Shown here: positions 1 to 11,209 of the stretch, one piece after another
Layout of the letters: each line of letters starts with the position of its first letter
How positions within the stretch are numbered: position 1 is the stretch's first letter
Position numbers and translations under genes: made by a program
Notes under the pieces: model-generated
Told to the model about the DNA's origin: nothing
The model's database searches: none
The model's input: the letters and a program-made list of their open reading frames with translations, nothing else
Source: Phoronis australis
Lineage: Eukaryota; Animalia; Phoronida
DNA length: 64,000 bases
Assembly: GCA_002633005.1 (NCBI GenBank)
Contig: NMRA01000628.1
Location: 177,817 to 241,816, forward strand
Direction: 5' to 3'

Positions 1-171
1 CTCGTGTTTTTATCTTCGGTGTGAGAGCCACTGACAAAGGAAGAAAGGCACCTAAGGGGGGTTTGGTCCTGTGCTCAGTGCAAAAATCTTAAACTTCGTT
101 CTCGGTCGATACGCGGAATAATGTCTCGTGGGATATTACTTGATGTACACCACTCCCGGTACGTTTTGTAT

Positions 172-500
172 AACATATTTTTTCTAAAAGGATGTAAAGA
201 ACTCAACCTAAATGGAAATAGGGTTTTATTGGAAATAGTATTAGAATTTCTTTTTAATATTAAATCGCTTTCTCTGAGTCGATAAAATGGTATACATTTA
301 CATTTAAACATCTTATTGTGTATGAAAATGATTTATTTATATTCGTAATCATCTGTGAGTGTAATATTTCTATTAGCTTATTAATTTATGAGTTTGTGTA
401 TCATTGTATAAAGATTTCTTTGTATTTATTTAACCCAGATACAATGCTACTTGGCGCTTACTGAGTCTGTATATTTATTTTACTGAATATATATTGTATA
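172..500 (+). mobile_element. 3' end remnant of a related CR1-group LINE
   Basis: Translates FFLKGCKELNLNGNRVLLEIVLEFL...stop, similar to the end of the 11284 ORF (LLNGSPNLDFVLNEFLLSNVSKFL). Followed by an AT-rich tail with AACCCAGATACAATGCT...CTGAGT, matching the 13017 stem-loop. Confidence 0.55.
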
Positions 501-619
501 ACATGCATCTGTCTTGGTCCTAGGTAGTGCACCGGCCCCCTATTTAGATTCGAGGTGATCTATTTTTTCTCGCGGGCCGTTTTTCGCGGACGCGGAGGGG
601 GGTGCCCAGTTTCGTACTG

Positions 620-681
620 GCCTTGGTGACGTCAGCCCGTCGACTCAACGGCCTGGGTGACGTCAGTCCGTCGGCTTAATT
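620..681 (+). repeat. Two tandem ~31-bp units, each with a TGACGTCA (CRE) palindrome
   Basis: GGCCTTGGTGACGTCAGCCCGTCGACTCAAC followed by GGCCTGGGTGACGTCAGTCCGTCGGCTTAAT. Confidence 0.7.
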
Positions 682-2400
682 CACTCCTTCCGGCTTCCGT
701 CACGTATATATTTCTTCGGGCCTGTCGCCGCCAAAGTTAATGGTGTAATCAAAAACTAATCTTTTCCTTGAGTAAACATAATTATTTACCGATGTTGGAA
801 AATTGGCGGTCAACCGTTATTTTGCTGCTAACATTGGGTAGGCTTTCGGCGCCATTGCGTCACCTATTGGCCAATTTTCTAGATTCTTCAATGAACAGGG
901 TTCTTCTCTTTCACGAGGCTACTACAGGTCATAAAACTCGGAACTGGTTTAATTCCGTTTCAAGTTTTTAGCATTTCAATGCCAGCGAAGCTGTTATCAA
1001 ATCCGAGAAATATCGCAAAATTTCAGCGCATTGATTTCAAAGCCACGACAGGGCTTTCTTTGGCGGAGAATTGCGCAAAATTGAGTTTATTAGCTTGTTT
1101 TTCCACTTAAGAACGGCTGCAACAGGCAAGTTGAGTGTCGGTTGATTCCCATAGGTTCTGCATACACCCTCGCCGGTCGTTAGCTCTACATGTTGTTATA
1201 CATGTAAGTTTCACGACGAGGTGACGAGCTGAGCTAAACGGGTTGTGTGAAGTTTTGGTGTCTAATGGAGCTGAAGACACAGCTACCTAGCTGCGAGTTG
1301 ACAATAGTCTTTATACACCTAGCTGGCTTTCTACCTTAATTAGTATTTACGATATGACGATTGTAAATCGCATTCTATACATGTATTTTGTGTGCAACGA
1401 CAGTATATTTCAATTAGTTTTCACTTTAAAGAATAGCTTATTACTGTACATTATGTTACGGCAAGGTCAAAAGTTCTGGAAAGAAAAAATATTTTTGCTG
1501 CCTGGGGAATTAATTCCGCAGCCGCACACCCTGCCTAAATCTGACAGAGATTCTGGTTGAAGCTTTAAAGTAAAACGGTCTCTTCCAGAAATATCCCTGT
1601 CTCTTGCGATGAACACTAATGTTTTCTTGAAGGTGTACATTAGTTATTTCCCACTCTAGGTATTTCCCACGTACTACAGTAGCTGCTAGTTTCATGATAA
1701 ACATGCAAAAAAGCAGCGCAAGAATAATTATTCACAGAGAGAGAGAGAGTGACATCTGGCGCTACAACTACATCTACACTGTTACAGCGTTTACTTTTGA
1801 GGCGGGAAACAAGAGTATTCGTTGGCGTAAGTCGGAATAACACGACGTGACAGTCTGCAGTAACACGCAGCAAATTTGTACATGTAGTCAAATTTTCAAC
1901 TCATCACACTGTTCAGTCTACGGCAACATGCAAAATTCATTTCCAGTTCCATAAAATCATTTTTGAACATGAAGAACGCCGCTTTTAAGGCTGTACTTCG
2001 AATTACGCCTTTCTCTCACAAAAAACAGTCTCTTTCCTTACCGTGATGACACCCAATTCCTTAACCAACTCAAGTTCCAGGAAACGCGCACACATGTACA
2101 TGTAAGTCCCATATTCGAATTCGCCATTTTAATTTTGGCAAACTCCAATACAGTCTGGAGCGTTTTCCTGGGTCGATGATGGCTTAGGTGGTTTTGATGT
2201 TAACGGAAAGAGGGCCGGTGGTACAGTATTTTTAGGTGAGTGAGCGTGAGTTTCAACATGATTCGGGCAGGAGACCACAACCAACTATGATGTTGACTTT
2301 ATTCAATCGTGAAAGAATATTGTTAACAGAGTGACAAAATTACGGACATACATTTACGCAAGACAGCATCGCGGTTTGAAAAATAAATTAAAATGTTATG

Positions 2401-2658
2401 CATGCACGCACCCAGCGGGTCTCGGGGACTCGAACAAGCCCCCGTCATTTGGCGAATTGGTTAAAAGGTCCGCCTCAGAGAAACAAAATGTCCGAGAAAG
2501 CGAGACAAAAGTCCACTAAAAAAACGCAGACGCACAGTTCACAGACCTGAAGTTGGTGCCTCGTTTTTTTTTCTTTTAGTCCTCCCACTTTTTTGTTATC
2601 AAAAGGTCCACTTTGTCATAGAATCGAGCCCACCATATATAGGCTGGGTGCGCGCATG
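2401..2658 (-). mobile_element. MITE family A (CATGCGCGCACCCAGC TIR), copy 1
   Basis: TIRs CATGCACGCACCCAGC / GCTGGGTGCGCGCATG. TTATG on both flanks. Interior shared with five other copies. Confidence 0.7.
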
Positions 2659-2772
2659 TTATGAGGATCAGGTTGGTAGAAAAATCAGTACATCACGAGT
2701 TGCACGTGCAAGCATGATTCATTGGTGCTTAACCCTTGTCCTGCGCTAAGCGAGGTCAGCCGACAAGCCAAT

Positions 2773-3945
2773 AGGCCTTTTGCGAGTTTATAACAATAAC
2801 GCGAGATTATGTGAGACTTAACTGTGACGTCACGGGAAGTGGGGCAAAAGCTTGTCGTTTGGTCATTTGCCCAATACGGTAGCAGAGTGTATTCTGTTAT
2901 TGTCTTCGAGTTTTTAGCCGTTTAGTTCGAAAAATGTCCAAAAGCATTGCTGTTATGGCAAATGAACTTCAGATTCGCACTACAATACGTTCTATCGCGT
3001 TCTGTACTAATTTCGTCCCGTGTATTTTAAACGGGCGGTAGGCGAAATCCGCTCACTGGTAAAGTTTTCACCTCGTCGAAAATACATTCTACACCTAAAA
3101 TTAGCACCTAAAAGGCTCTTACTTTCTTCAGTGACTCTTTCTGCTTCTAAACATATCTTCGATGAAGCATATATACGGGAATTCAGGTGACTTAGGCGAA
3201 GAATTCCAACTCCACTTTGTGGTTACTGTTAACTTTGTCCGCGCGCGCGATTACCACAATCAAGTATTTCAACTGAGTCAGGTGAGTATGAGGCAAAGGC
3301 TAGCGCGAGACTGAGCGAAGCGCGAGATCTGGCGCGTGACCTGGCGCGTGACACTTGCAAAATAGCATGAGAAAATATCAAGTGAAATTTGTAAGATTTG
3401 TGTCCCTTGGACTTTTTGTTCGTCAACAGGCGTGATTTCACGTAACTTCTTCAAAATGGCGGCTCTTTAGTGAGAGAAACTCGAGAGAATCGCGAGGTTT
3501 TCATGAATATGCTCAAGTTATTTGTAGACTAAATTGTGTCCAGAGTCAGGGTATGTGTTAATTATAACTTCATGTGCACATATGCATGTTTCATTTGATT
3601 TTATTTGCTGTATTTTGAAGTGAATATCTTTTTATGGGGATACACTATCGCCCCTGTATGCCTGCGCCATTCAGGCCTAGAGCGGGTTAAGTTCCAATTT
3701 CAGTCCGTTCACAGCTTCGCACAACATAACAAGGTCACATTTTCTTCGTCTATTCACAGTTATTCCACGACCCATCTACCATATCTTAAGTTGTTTTAAC
3801 GTTTTAAGCGTAAAATTCACCATAAGAACTCCAGTAAGTTTTAGCGTGTGTAGCAAAGACTCGGGGCAAAACAAGAGCAATATGGCGGGTTTTGCCCCTT
3901 TTCCGGTAACGTCACAGTGACTAGCGAGAAACTCGCAAGTGAGCT
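2773..3945. mobile_element. Non-autonomous TIR element with AT flanks (ISL2EU/Harbinger-like, tentative)
   Basis: Imperfect TIR AATAGGCCTTTTGCGAGTT vs AACTCGCAAGTGAGCTATT. Inverted subterminal block ACTGTGACGTCACGGGAAGTGGGGCAAAA vs TTTTGCCCCTTTTCCGGTAACGTCACAGT. Confidence 0.55.
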
Positions 3946-4165
3946 ATTATCCTATTACAATGCGTTGGGTGTACTCAATCGACTATGATAAGCTACAGGT
4001 GTGCTGCGCTAGGAGAGTGCACTCACCACAGGACACTTGTGAGTTACGTGTGGCACTATTTCACAAAACATACTATTTAAACATATGGTATGCACAAAAA
4101 GCGAGATGTGTGACAAATAGTTGTTCTTTTCTATTCAAAATTGACAAGTGTATATGTGGTGCATC

Positions 4166-4781
4166 ATTTTGCCATCCTACCGGGTGTCAGTTGATCGGTT
4201 AGTTGGTTATTCGGTTATCGGTTATTCGCTCCAGATCTTAAAAACATTGTCGGGGTTCTGATAAAACTTGGTACAAGGACGTAGGGCATCACAGGAGTAT
4301 TGCAAGGTCTCGAGGGAAGAACGCTTTAGGATTCGACCTCTGCAGCGTCCCCTCCTGGCTATTATGTTCTCGACTAGGTATTCAGTACTTTTGAGGGGGA
4401 AAGGACTTTCGGATATTGTCTCGCGAACTCGTTGATGAATGGATTTTGATAAAACTTAACTTAGAAATGCGCCGGCACTGATAACTTTTTTGTGCCTGAT
4501 TGACGAATTTGGTAAACCCTATTGGCTATTTTGATTACGACAAAGAACATACTCAGAACTTTTCGAGGAAGTGGGTTTGCGGATTTAGCCTAGATAATTG
4601 ATCAAAGGATTTGAGTGAGAAATGACAAAGAGGTACGTGTCGCTAATGTGTCGGAAAACCTTCATTTTCAAGTTTTTGTTCTGTATTTTAGCGGTAGGGC
4701 ATAGAAAGATGGGATTGATACAGAGATGCCAAAGTACACGTTGCTCTTCGGGTGAGTGGACTATGTAATCCTCTCCTTGTG
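4166..4781 (+). mobile_element. Possible non-autonomous Helentron/DINE-like repeat
   Basis: Starts in a T-run, has short GGTTA-type repeats and repeated GATAAAACTT(GGTAC) motifs, and ends GGTGAG...CCTTGT. Pattern resemblance only. Confidence 0.3.
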
Positions 4782-6039
4782 GTTATTTTGCACTTGACAT
4801 AGGGCTTTTCAATTCTTTTCAGAGAATGTTGTTACCCAATGTCTATATAACCAGTTAGTGAAATGTGAAACAAATGTACAATTATGTTCCGGTAATTATT
4901 TTTACGAAAATATGAATACCGCAGCATCTCCTAGTGCTCATCTTGTTCATAATGTTGTATGTGAGTTCAAATACTTGTAGCTTGAAGGTGAGATATGTGT
5001 TTCGAAATGTGGTTTTGTAAATTACTGTACGTTACCAACTGATGTCGATTGGATTTTTATTGCACTGTTGTGATGTAAGCACAAGATCTCTATGCAGAGA
5101 GTTTGAAAGAACTGAAATTAAACTCGTAAAAACAGAACAAATTCGTGTCTTCAATGAAATATATACATGTATGTATGTATATACACTGATGTCGAATTGC
5201 AAGTTAATTATATATTTCATGATGAAGACAACACTTCAATTCATAGGTACATGTACCATTAGCTCTCTTATTAAAGTCATGTCTTAATTACAAATCGTCT
5301 CTTGAATGCAAATCATAAAACATGTCATCAAATACAAACCCGACTATTACACGCTGTCGTAAAAATAATTTGCACGCTTACAGATGTCGCGCATGCCGGC
5401 CGTCAGCAACGTAAAATGAGTACTAAGAAGTAATCATATTTGACGTGTTTTATCAACCCTCCCAAAATCGGGTAATACGAGGTAACGTTTTCAAAATGCC
5501 GTCGCCTTTTTGCTATTGATACTCAACGGAAGGTAATCGGTAAACTACAATGTTAACATTAGTTTTATGGTTCTTTTTGAACGCAAAACAGCTGCTACCA
5601 CACAATTTGTTTAAAACATGCCTAGTCACTCAGTATTTTTGTCGTGACAGATAATTTGTTGAAAAGCACTGTCCTGTAGGCACGACATGACACCATTGTG
5701 GTCAGACAATCTATGAAATCAAGGGACTCAATCTCCTTTATAGCTTAAACAGAGAGGGTAATTAAAATGCTGCAATCGTGATCTCGAGCATGTTGTAGTA
5801 TCCATCAACTCGGAGTTGTCAATGACGAGGGATCATCTAACGTTCCTGTTTTGAGGACCTGGCAATCAACGACTTACACTCTTCCGCATAAGAATGGCTC
5901 TAAATACCCCTCGAGGGTATACATAAGCTCGATCCCATCTGAACTTGGAAGTGTTCGTCTCGTCTGCTCTTCAGTGAATGGCTGATTCAAGCTTTTTTGG
6001 GAGAATGCGAGGAACTGACGAATATGTGATTTCTTAAGA

Positions 6040-6165
6040 AAATGCACAAAATGTACCCAGAGAGGCGTACATGAAGTACAGTAATATCCCACGAGACATT
6101 ATTCCGCGGAATAATGTCGAGTGGAATATTACTTCGTGTACGCCAATCGAGATACGTTTTGTAAT
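6040..6165. repeat. Imperfect palindrome centred on ATTCCGCGGAAT; half copy at 111-170
   Basis: Core GACATTATTCCG|CGGAATAATGTC with arms matching out to CAAAATGTA/TACGTTTTG. Confidence 0.8.
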
Positions 6166-8282
6166 TATCCCATAAGATTCGAATTCCTAAATTTCTTTCC
6201 TTTTTGGAAGATTTTTTAAATACTTCACTCAGACTGTTCAGTAGGCTCATCACATCCTATATGTATGTGCTTGCGCGGTAGGTTGCAAGTTCCTGTAGTA
6301 AAAGAAACAGTTTTAAGTGTAACGATTTATTACTTGGAAAGAGATAACAAAGATGAAAACAATGGTAACTGTGCATTGAAGTTGTAACATCTCCGGAAAA
6401 TAGTAAAATAACAACAATATTTGATACTCAGCAGTTACAGAGGAATCGGTACCGGAGTTGCAGACGATATAATATTTAGCAAGTGAAAACGGAGACAGAA
6501 GTCTAATGTAATTAACAGTTTTATACCAGATGGTACGTTTAGAGCCTGATTGCATGTCGAGAATTATTTATACTGCCGCAACTGTATTACGTTAAACTAT
6601 TTTTGAAATTTTTGATGATCGAACGGGCCAAAGACGTCTAGTCGACATTGACCTACATTTTGAACTTTCCATGTCCGAGGCCACTGTTGAAGTATAGTGA
6701 GGGAGATGAATACGGGAAACATTATTACATGGCCGTATTGCACTCGACAGATTCAATGCGTATTGGATAAATACAGTAAATTAAAAGAGTATCTCAACGT
6801 AAACGAGTATACGACAGGGAACAAATAATAAAACTGGGAAATTATGTCCACTCACGTTCACTTACACTCGCCCTAAGTTCAGCAGAACGGGGTCAGTGGT
6901 AGTCACTCGTGGAACTATTTCTGTGACAACGATAGCACGCTCACAATTTGGTATTTCGGATCATCTTCCTAAGGCACTTCCTGTTTTTAAGCACCAGAAC
7001 TGAGCCAGAGCAGATTCGCGTGTAGGCAAGTCTTATGGGAAAGCCAGTCAGTGACGTATTATGATTATGAAAAGTGTGAAGAGCGCAAAGATACGTCTAT
7101 TGGCACGGGTCGTGGGTCGAGAGGGTTGTGGGTCATGAGTCAGGGCGGTTGTCAGTAGAGGGGTCATGGGTCGAGGTGGTCGTTGGGTTTTAGATCAAAT
7201 CCCAGTAAAATCAGCTTATTTGCAAACGATATTGTATTGGACTCGATATTTTATACATATAGGTGGTGCCAATAAAAAATGTCACTCTTTTATACTTTTG
7301 AACAGATTGAGAGAAGAAGCATTGTGGTGTGCATGGAGACGTTCTTGTGGTTTACCTGGGTGGCGTTCCTTAGACAAAGTTTCTTCCAAAGAAAGGGAAA
7401 CTACCCAAGACATTACGAAAATCTCTTCTTGGTCTCAAATCCAGGCGACAACGGTTTCCATACCGAAGCTAAATCGAGTTACATTTGCCCATTGTTCGGC
7501 GTTCCTGCCGTTATGCCCAGCATCACGCCTCGTATTCCAACCTTCTACTATACACGTAGTTTAAAAGAATTACTACATGCAATGGCAGTGTCTTCACCAT
7601 AAGGTACCGGAGAAATGAAAACCATTCTGGCTATTTTTTCATCATTTTTTCTGGTAAAATGTTCCTAACTTAACATTATACGTGGCTTTGAAACAGTTAG
7701 TAAAACCACCAGTTTGAGTCCGCACTACATAAAATTTTCTACCTAGTGTTTTTTTCAGTTTGCCGAGAAGCCATTGCCAATGCGTAGAGGCTCTCGAGAA
7801 CAGTCTCTTGACGAACAATAACAGTTAAATCTAACTTCGCACAAAATCAAACGTCGAGTACACTAGCAAAAACGATGGTTAGTGGAGTCATTGGTCGGTG
7901 ATGACGTAATGTCGAATTCTTTACTTGAACTCACAAACCATAGAATATGATTCAGAATGTCCGTTCCAAAGATGAACATATTTCGCCGTACGTTCACGGC
8001 TAATGTATTGTGCCTACTGAAATTGTCATAACGGTCCTAATTGTCACGCCAACGTAAGTTGCGTCAGTTGGATATTCATGCTATGGTGATGGAATGTTTC
8101 ATCTAAAACACACCCTGCAGCATTACACAACTTCCCATACGACAGTAACAAAACTACTGGATACACTGTAAGAGGTTAACATCATGAATCTATATTTCAT
8201 TTTGCGCTCCGGAGACGCCACCATCAGGACAGAGATGTTTTGGTTTTACCGTAAAACCTGGTAAATGAGCGCACAGTATGAC

Positions 8283-9424
8283 CACAGGCGCTTGGGTTTA
8301 TCTGTTCCTCGATCGCAAATGACGTCACTCAATAATATATATAAGAAAATATAAAGGTTGGACACTCGAAATCTGTTTGCTCAGAATTTTCTACTCAAAT
8401 GTGCATGGAACTCCACGAAACTAATATCGGACAACTCTTAGAATACTTTCTTTGATTTGATCTCTTCAAATTGCCTTCGAGTGGTGATTTGGCGACAAAA
8501 ATGCCAAAAGAATGCCAAAATCACAAATTCAAGGAAGCGATTCCGTGATGTCATGGCAGACGGTCTTCACACATCCGGGTTTTTGACGGACGCTCCCGAG
8601 CTAAAACCGAAAGTCTAATTTCGCGCGGCTTTCATCGTCAACCCCTCGACTACTTGATCATGAGAAGCAGAGAGCACTTTATTGCCAAATAAATGTAATT
8701 ACTCACATATTTGTGTCAAATATAAATTATCCTGATACTGTATTGATATGCGAAGTTTTTTGTGTACTGTGATTTCTTATGAAGGTTTTACTTTTGGCCA
8801 AAACCATTGAGTCGGCCACGCGCATTGTAACACTTGCACGGACTGCGTTTCCTGGCCGAGTGTGTGTTGTGCTTCAAACAAAAAAGTGCGTGATATCAAG
8901 ATGAGAAACAAGATACGCCAGTTTATATAGTAAAATTCTAAGTTAAGGGCTAAAATGGGCCGTAGGTGGAATAAAGTTACAAATAATCATTAAGATACTA
9001 CCTTTAACATTCTCAATTAGTTGAGTTTTGGATTAGAATTATTGAATTTGAAATATAGGTTGCTTGCTCAAACTCGAAGTTTCACCTACGACAGGCGTAC
9101 AAGTTGAAGCACAACTGAAATCCGCCAAGTTTACTATTTCAGGTCCATGAATTCAGAGTTTTGAGATTGTTTTGGAAATTCCATCGCCAATTCACCACTC
9201 ACGAAGACAGTTAATAGGATCTAGGAAAGATAAGGCTTCGAAGGTTTATGCAACTCCAGACTAAGGGAGGTGCACGCAGATTTTATTTGGATTTTGGACG
9301 GTTCAAGTTGGGAGCCTCGGCTTGGCAAAGTTTAAGCGTCCAACCTTTATGTTTTCTTATATGTATTATTGAGTGACGTCACGGTCATTTGCGATCGAGG
9401 AACAGATAAACCCAAGCGCCTGTG
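8283..9424. mobile_element. Non-autonomous DNA transposon, 8-bp TSD (P or hAT type)
   Basis: ~80-bp TIRs starting CACAGGCGCTTGGGTTTATCTGTTCCTCGATCGCAAATGAC. Perfect TSD AGTATGAC at 8275-8282 and 9425-9432. No coding capacity seen. Confidence 0.88.
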
Positions 9425-10288
9425 AGTATGACTAATTATTGAGGTGCTCCAAAATGTGGATCGATTAAATATAAAAATCTTGCGAGAAAGAAGTATTACT
9501 GAGCATGCGCGTTCAACGAGTCACGCATTCAAAGATAAGGCGCATGCACCCTTGTGCGGATGATATCAGCAAAGAAACATTGCAAAAAAGACGCAATATT
9601 TCGGATATAGTATCTCACTTATTTTTGGGGTTAAATGTAACCCTTTGTTTAAAGTATACAACTAATCCCATTTAAGCTTTCCTCGGGCGTTTAATACTTC
9701 CAACCGGTCATGCGCCCAATTGATCTATCGCAAGCTCCGCCCCCTTGCGAAAAGTTACGTGACATCCGACAAACAAACAAGATGTCAAAGGCAAATACAC
9801 TGTCGCTAAAGAACATTCCTGGTAGAATCTAAGTGTTTTGTGCACTTTCCGAAAACGCTTTGACAAAGAAACCAGGCGACGCTTTTCAACAGAGAATAGT
9901 ACGTTCATGATGTGGCAATTTGTGAAGGTGACGATGAAAAAATAAGTGTTCCAGGAAAAGTATTTCGGAGCCAGCGAAAATCCGAAGAACCCCACACCTT
10001 CAACTGAAAACTGACAAGGCCACTGATGCGATGTGTTCATGTAAAGCTGGGTATGTACATTTGAATCGAATTATCTGTTCGATACCATGGAGTTCAGGAT
10101 ATTTCGAACAAAATCAGTGAAGATTCGTCAATTTTTTTATTCTGCCATCTTCTAGATTCCGCCACAAATCATAGGATTCCCCGAGTAAAGTAGGTCGAGT
10201 CGATAGCACTGTTTAATATATTTTCCCAATCTTCAAGCGAAATATTTTGATTACGAAAATCAGGATCATAGCTAAGGCACACACTTAT

Positions 10289-11157
10289 TGGGGACAAATA
10301 AAACAACAAGAATAATACATATTTTAAGTTGTATTGGTAACTTCAAGGTTACAGCTCTACAAATGAATATTTCACAGATAAGAGATAACACGCACTTTTA
10401 CGATACCCAATGTGTGATTGAGTGTCAGATACTAACTGGCACAGGTTAGTGTAGTACCAAATGGGTACATAAAACAAAATACATCCATGTAGGTATTGGC
10501 CGATTGCCTACCAAGTGGATCGAGCAAATTAAATGAGAGCTACCAAATGGGTACAAACTGCCAAATGGGCAAATATCATATTAAGTACCAAGTGGGTACA
10601 ACAAACAGCAAACTGGGCTGTAACAACCTGCAAAGCAGGTTCCGGACAAGCTGATTGAGCAGACCAACCGGAGTGAGAAAAAGATATTGTAAGGAACTCA
10701 GTATGTACTGAGAGCTGCCACCGGGATGGAGAGAAGCAAGCTGCAGAGATAGACGCTCGAGTACAGGCCTGGTCGCGTGCCAATGACGACTGTTCTTGCT
10801 TGGCGGTAACACGCTCCGGGCTTGAAGGAGGTACCAGCAGTGACTGCAAGAACAACAATAACCAACAACAGATTTTGTTCGAAAAAAGGTAGGGAGGGTG
10901 GGAAAGTGGTAAATCGGTTGAAATGAGATTTTGTGGAATCCAGGGTATGGAAGGTGGGGGAGGTATCAATATGTCTAATTGGGAAAACTTACGAGTGAAT
11001 GTACTGTAGCTTGAGGCTGGGCCAACAGGAAGCTGGAGAGAAGGAACAAACAGCGCTACCATCGGACTAGGTAGGAACTAACTAGGAGTTGGATATGAAG
11101 CATGAAGGGCTGTAGAATGTTATTTGCCCAAATAATAGGATTTATGTCAGTGTGCCA
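10289..11157 (-). mobile_element. LTR-like repeat, copy 1 (TG...CA, 869 bp)
   Basis: Begins TGGGGACA and ends TGTGCCA. Left flank CTTAT. Aligns along its length with the second copy. Strand is tentative. Confidence 0.6.
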
Positions 11158-11209
11158 TAAATCTCATTATTGGGGACAAGTGAAACAACAGGAATAATAT
11201 ATATTTTAA

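Noticed and set aside
7166-7602. Overlapping ORFs after a possible splice acceptor
   Set aside because: No recognisable protein motif and no partner exons found.
10529-11062. 177-aa minus-strand ORF
   Set aside because: Lies in the LTR-like repeat, has no recognisable domain and is not preserved in the second copy.
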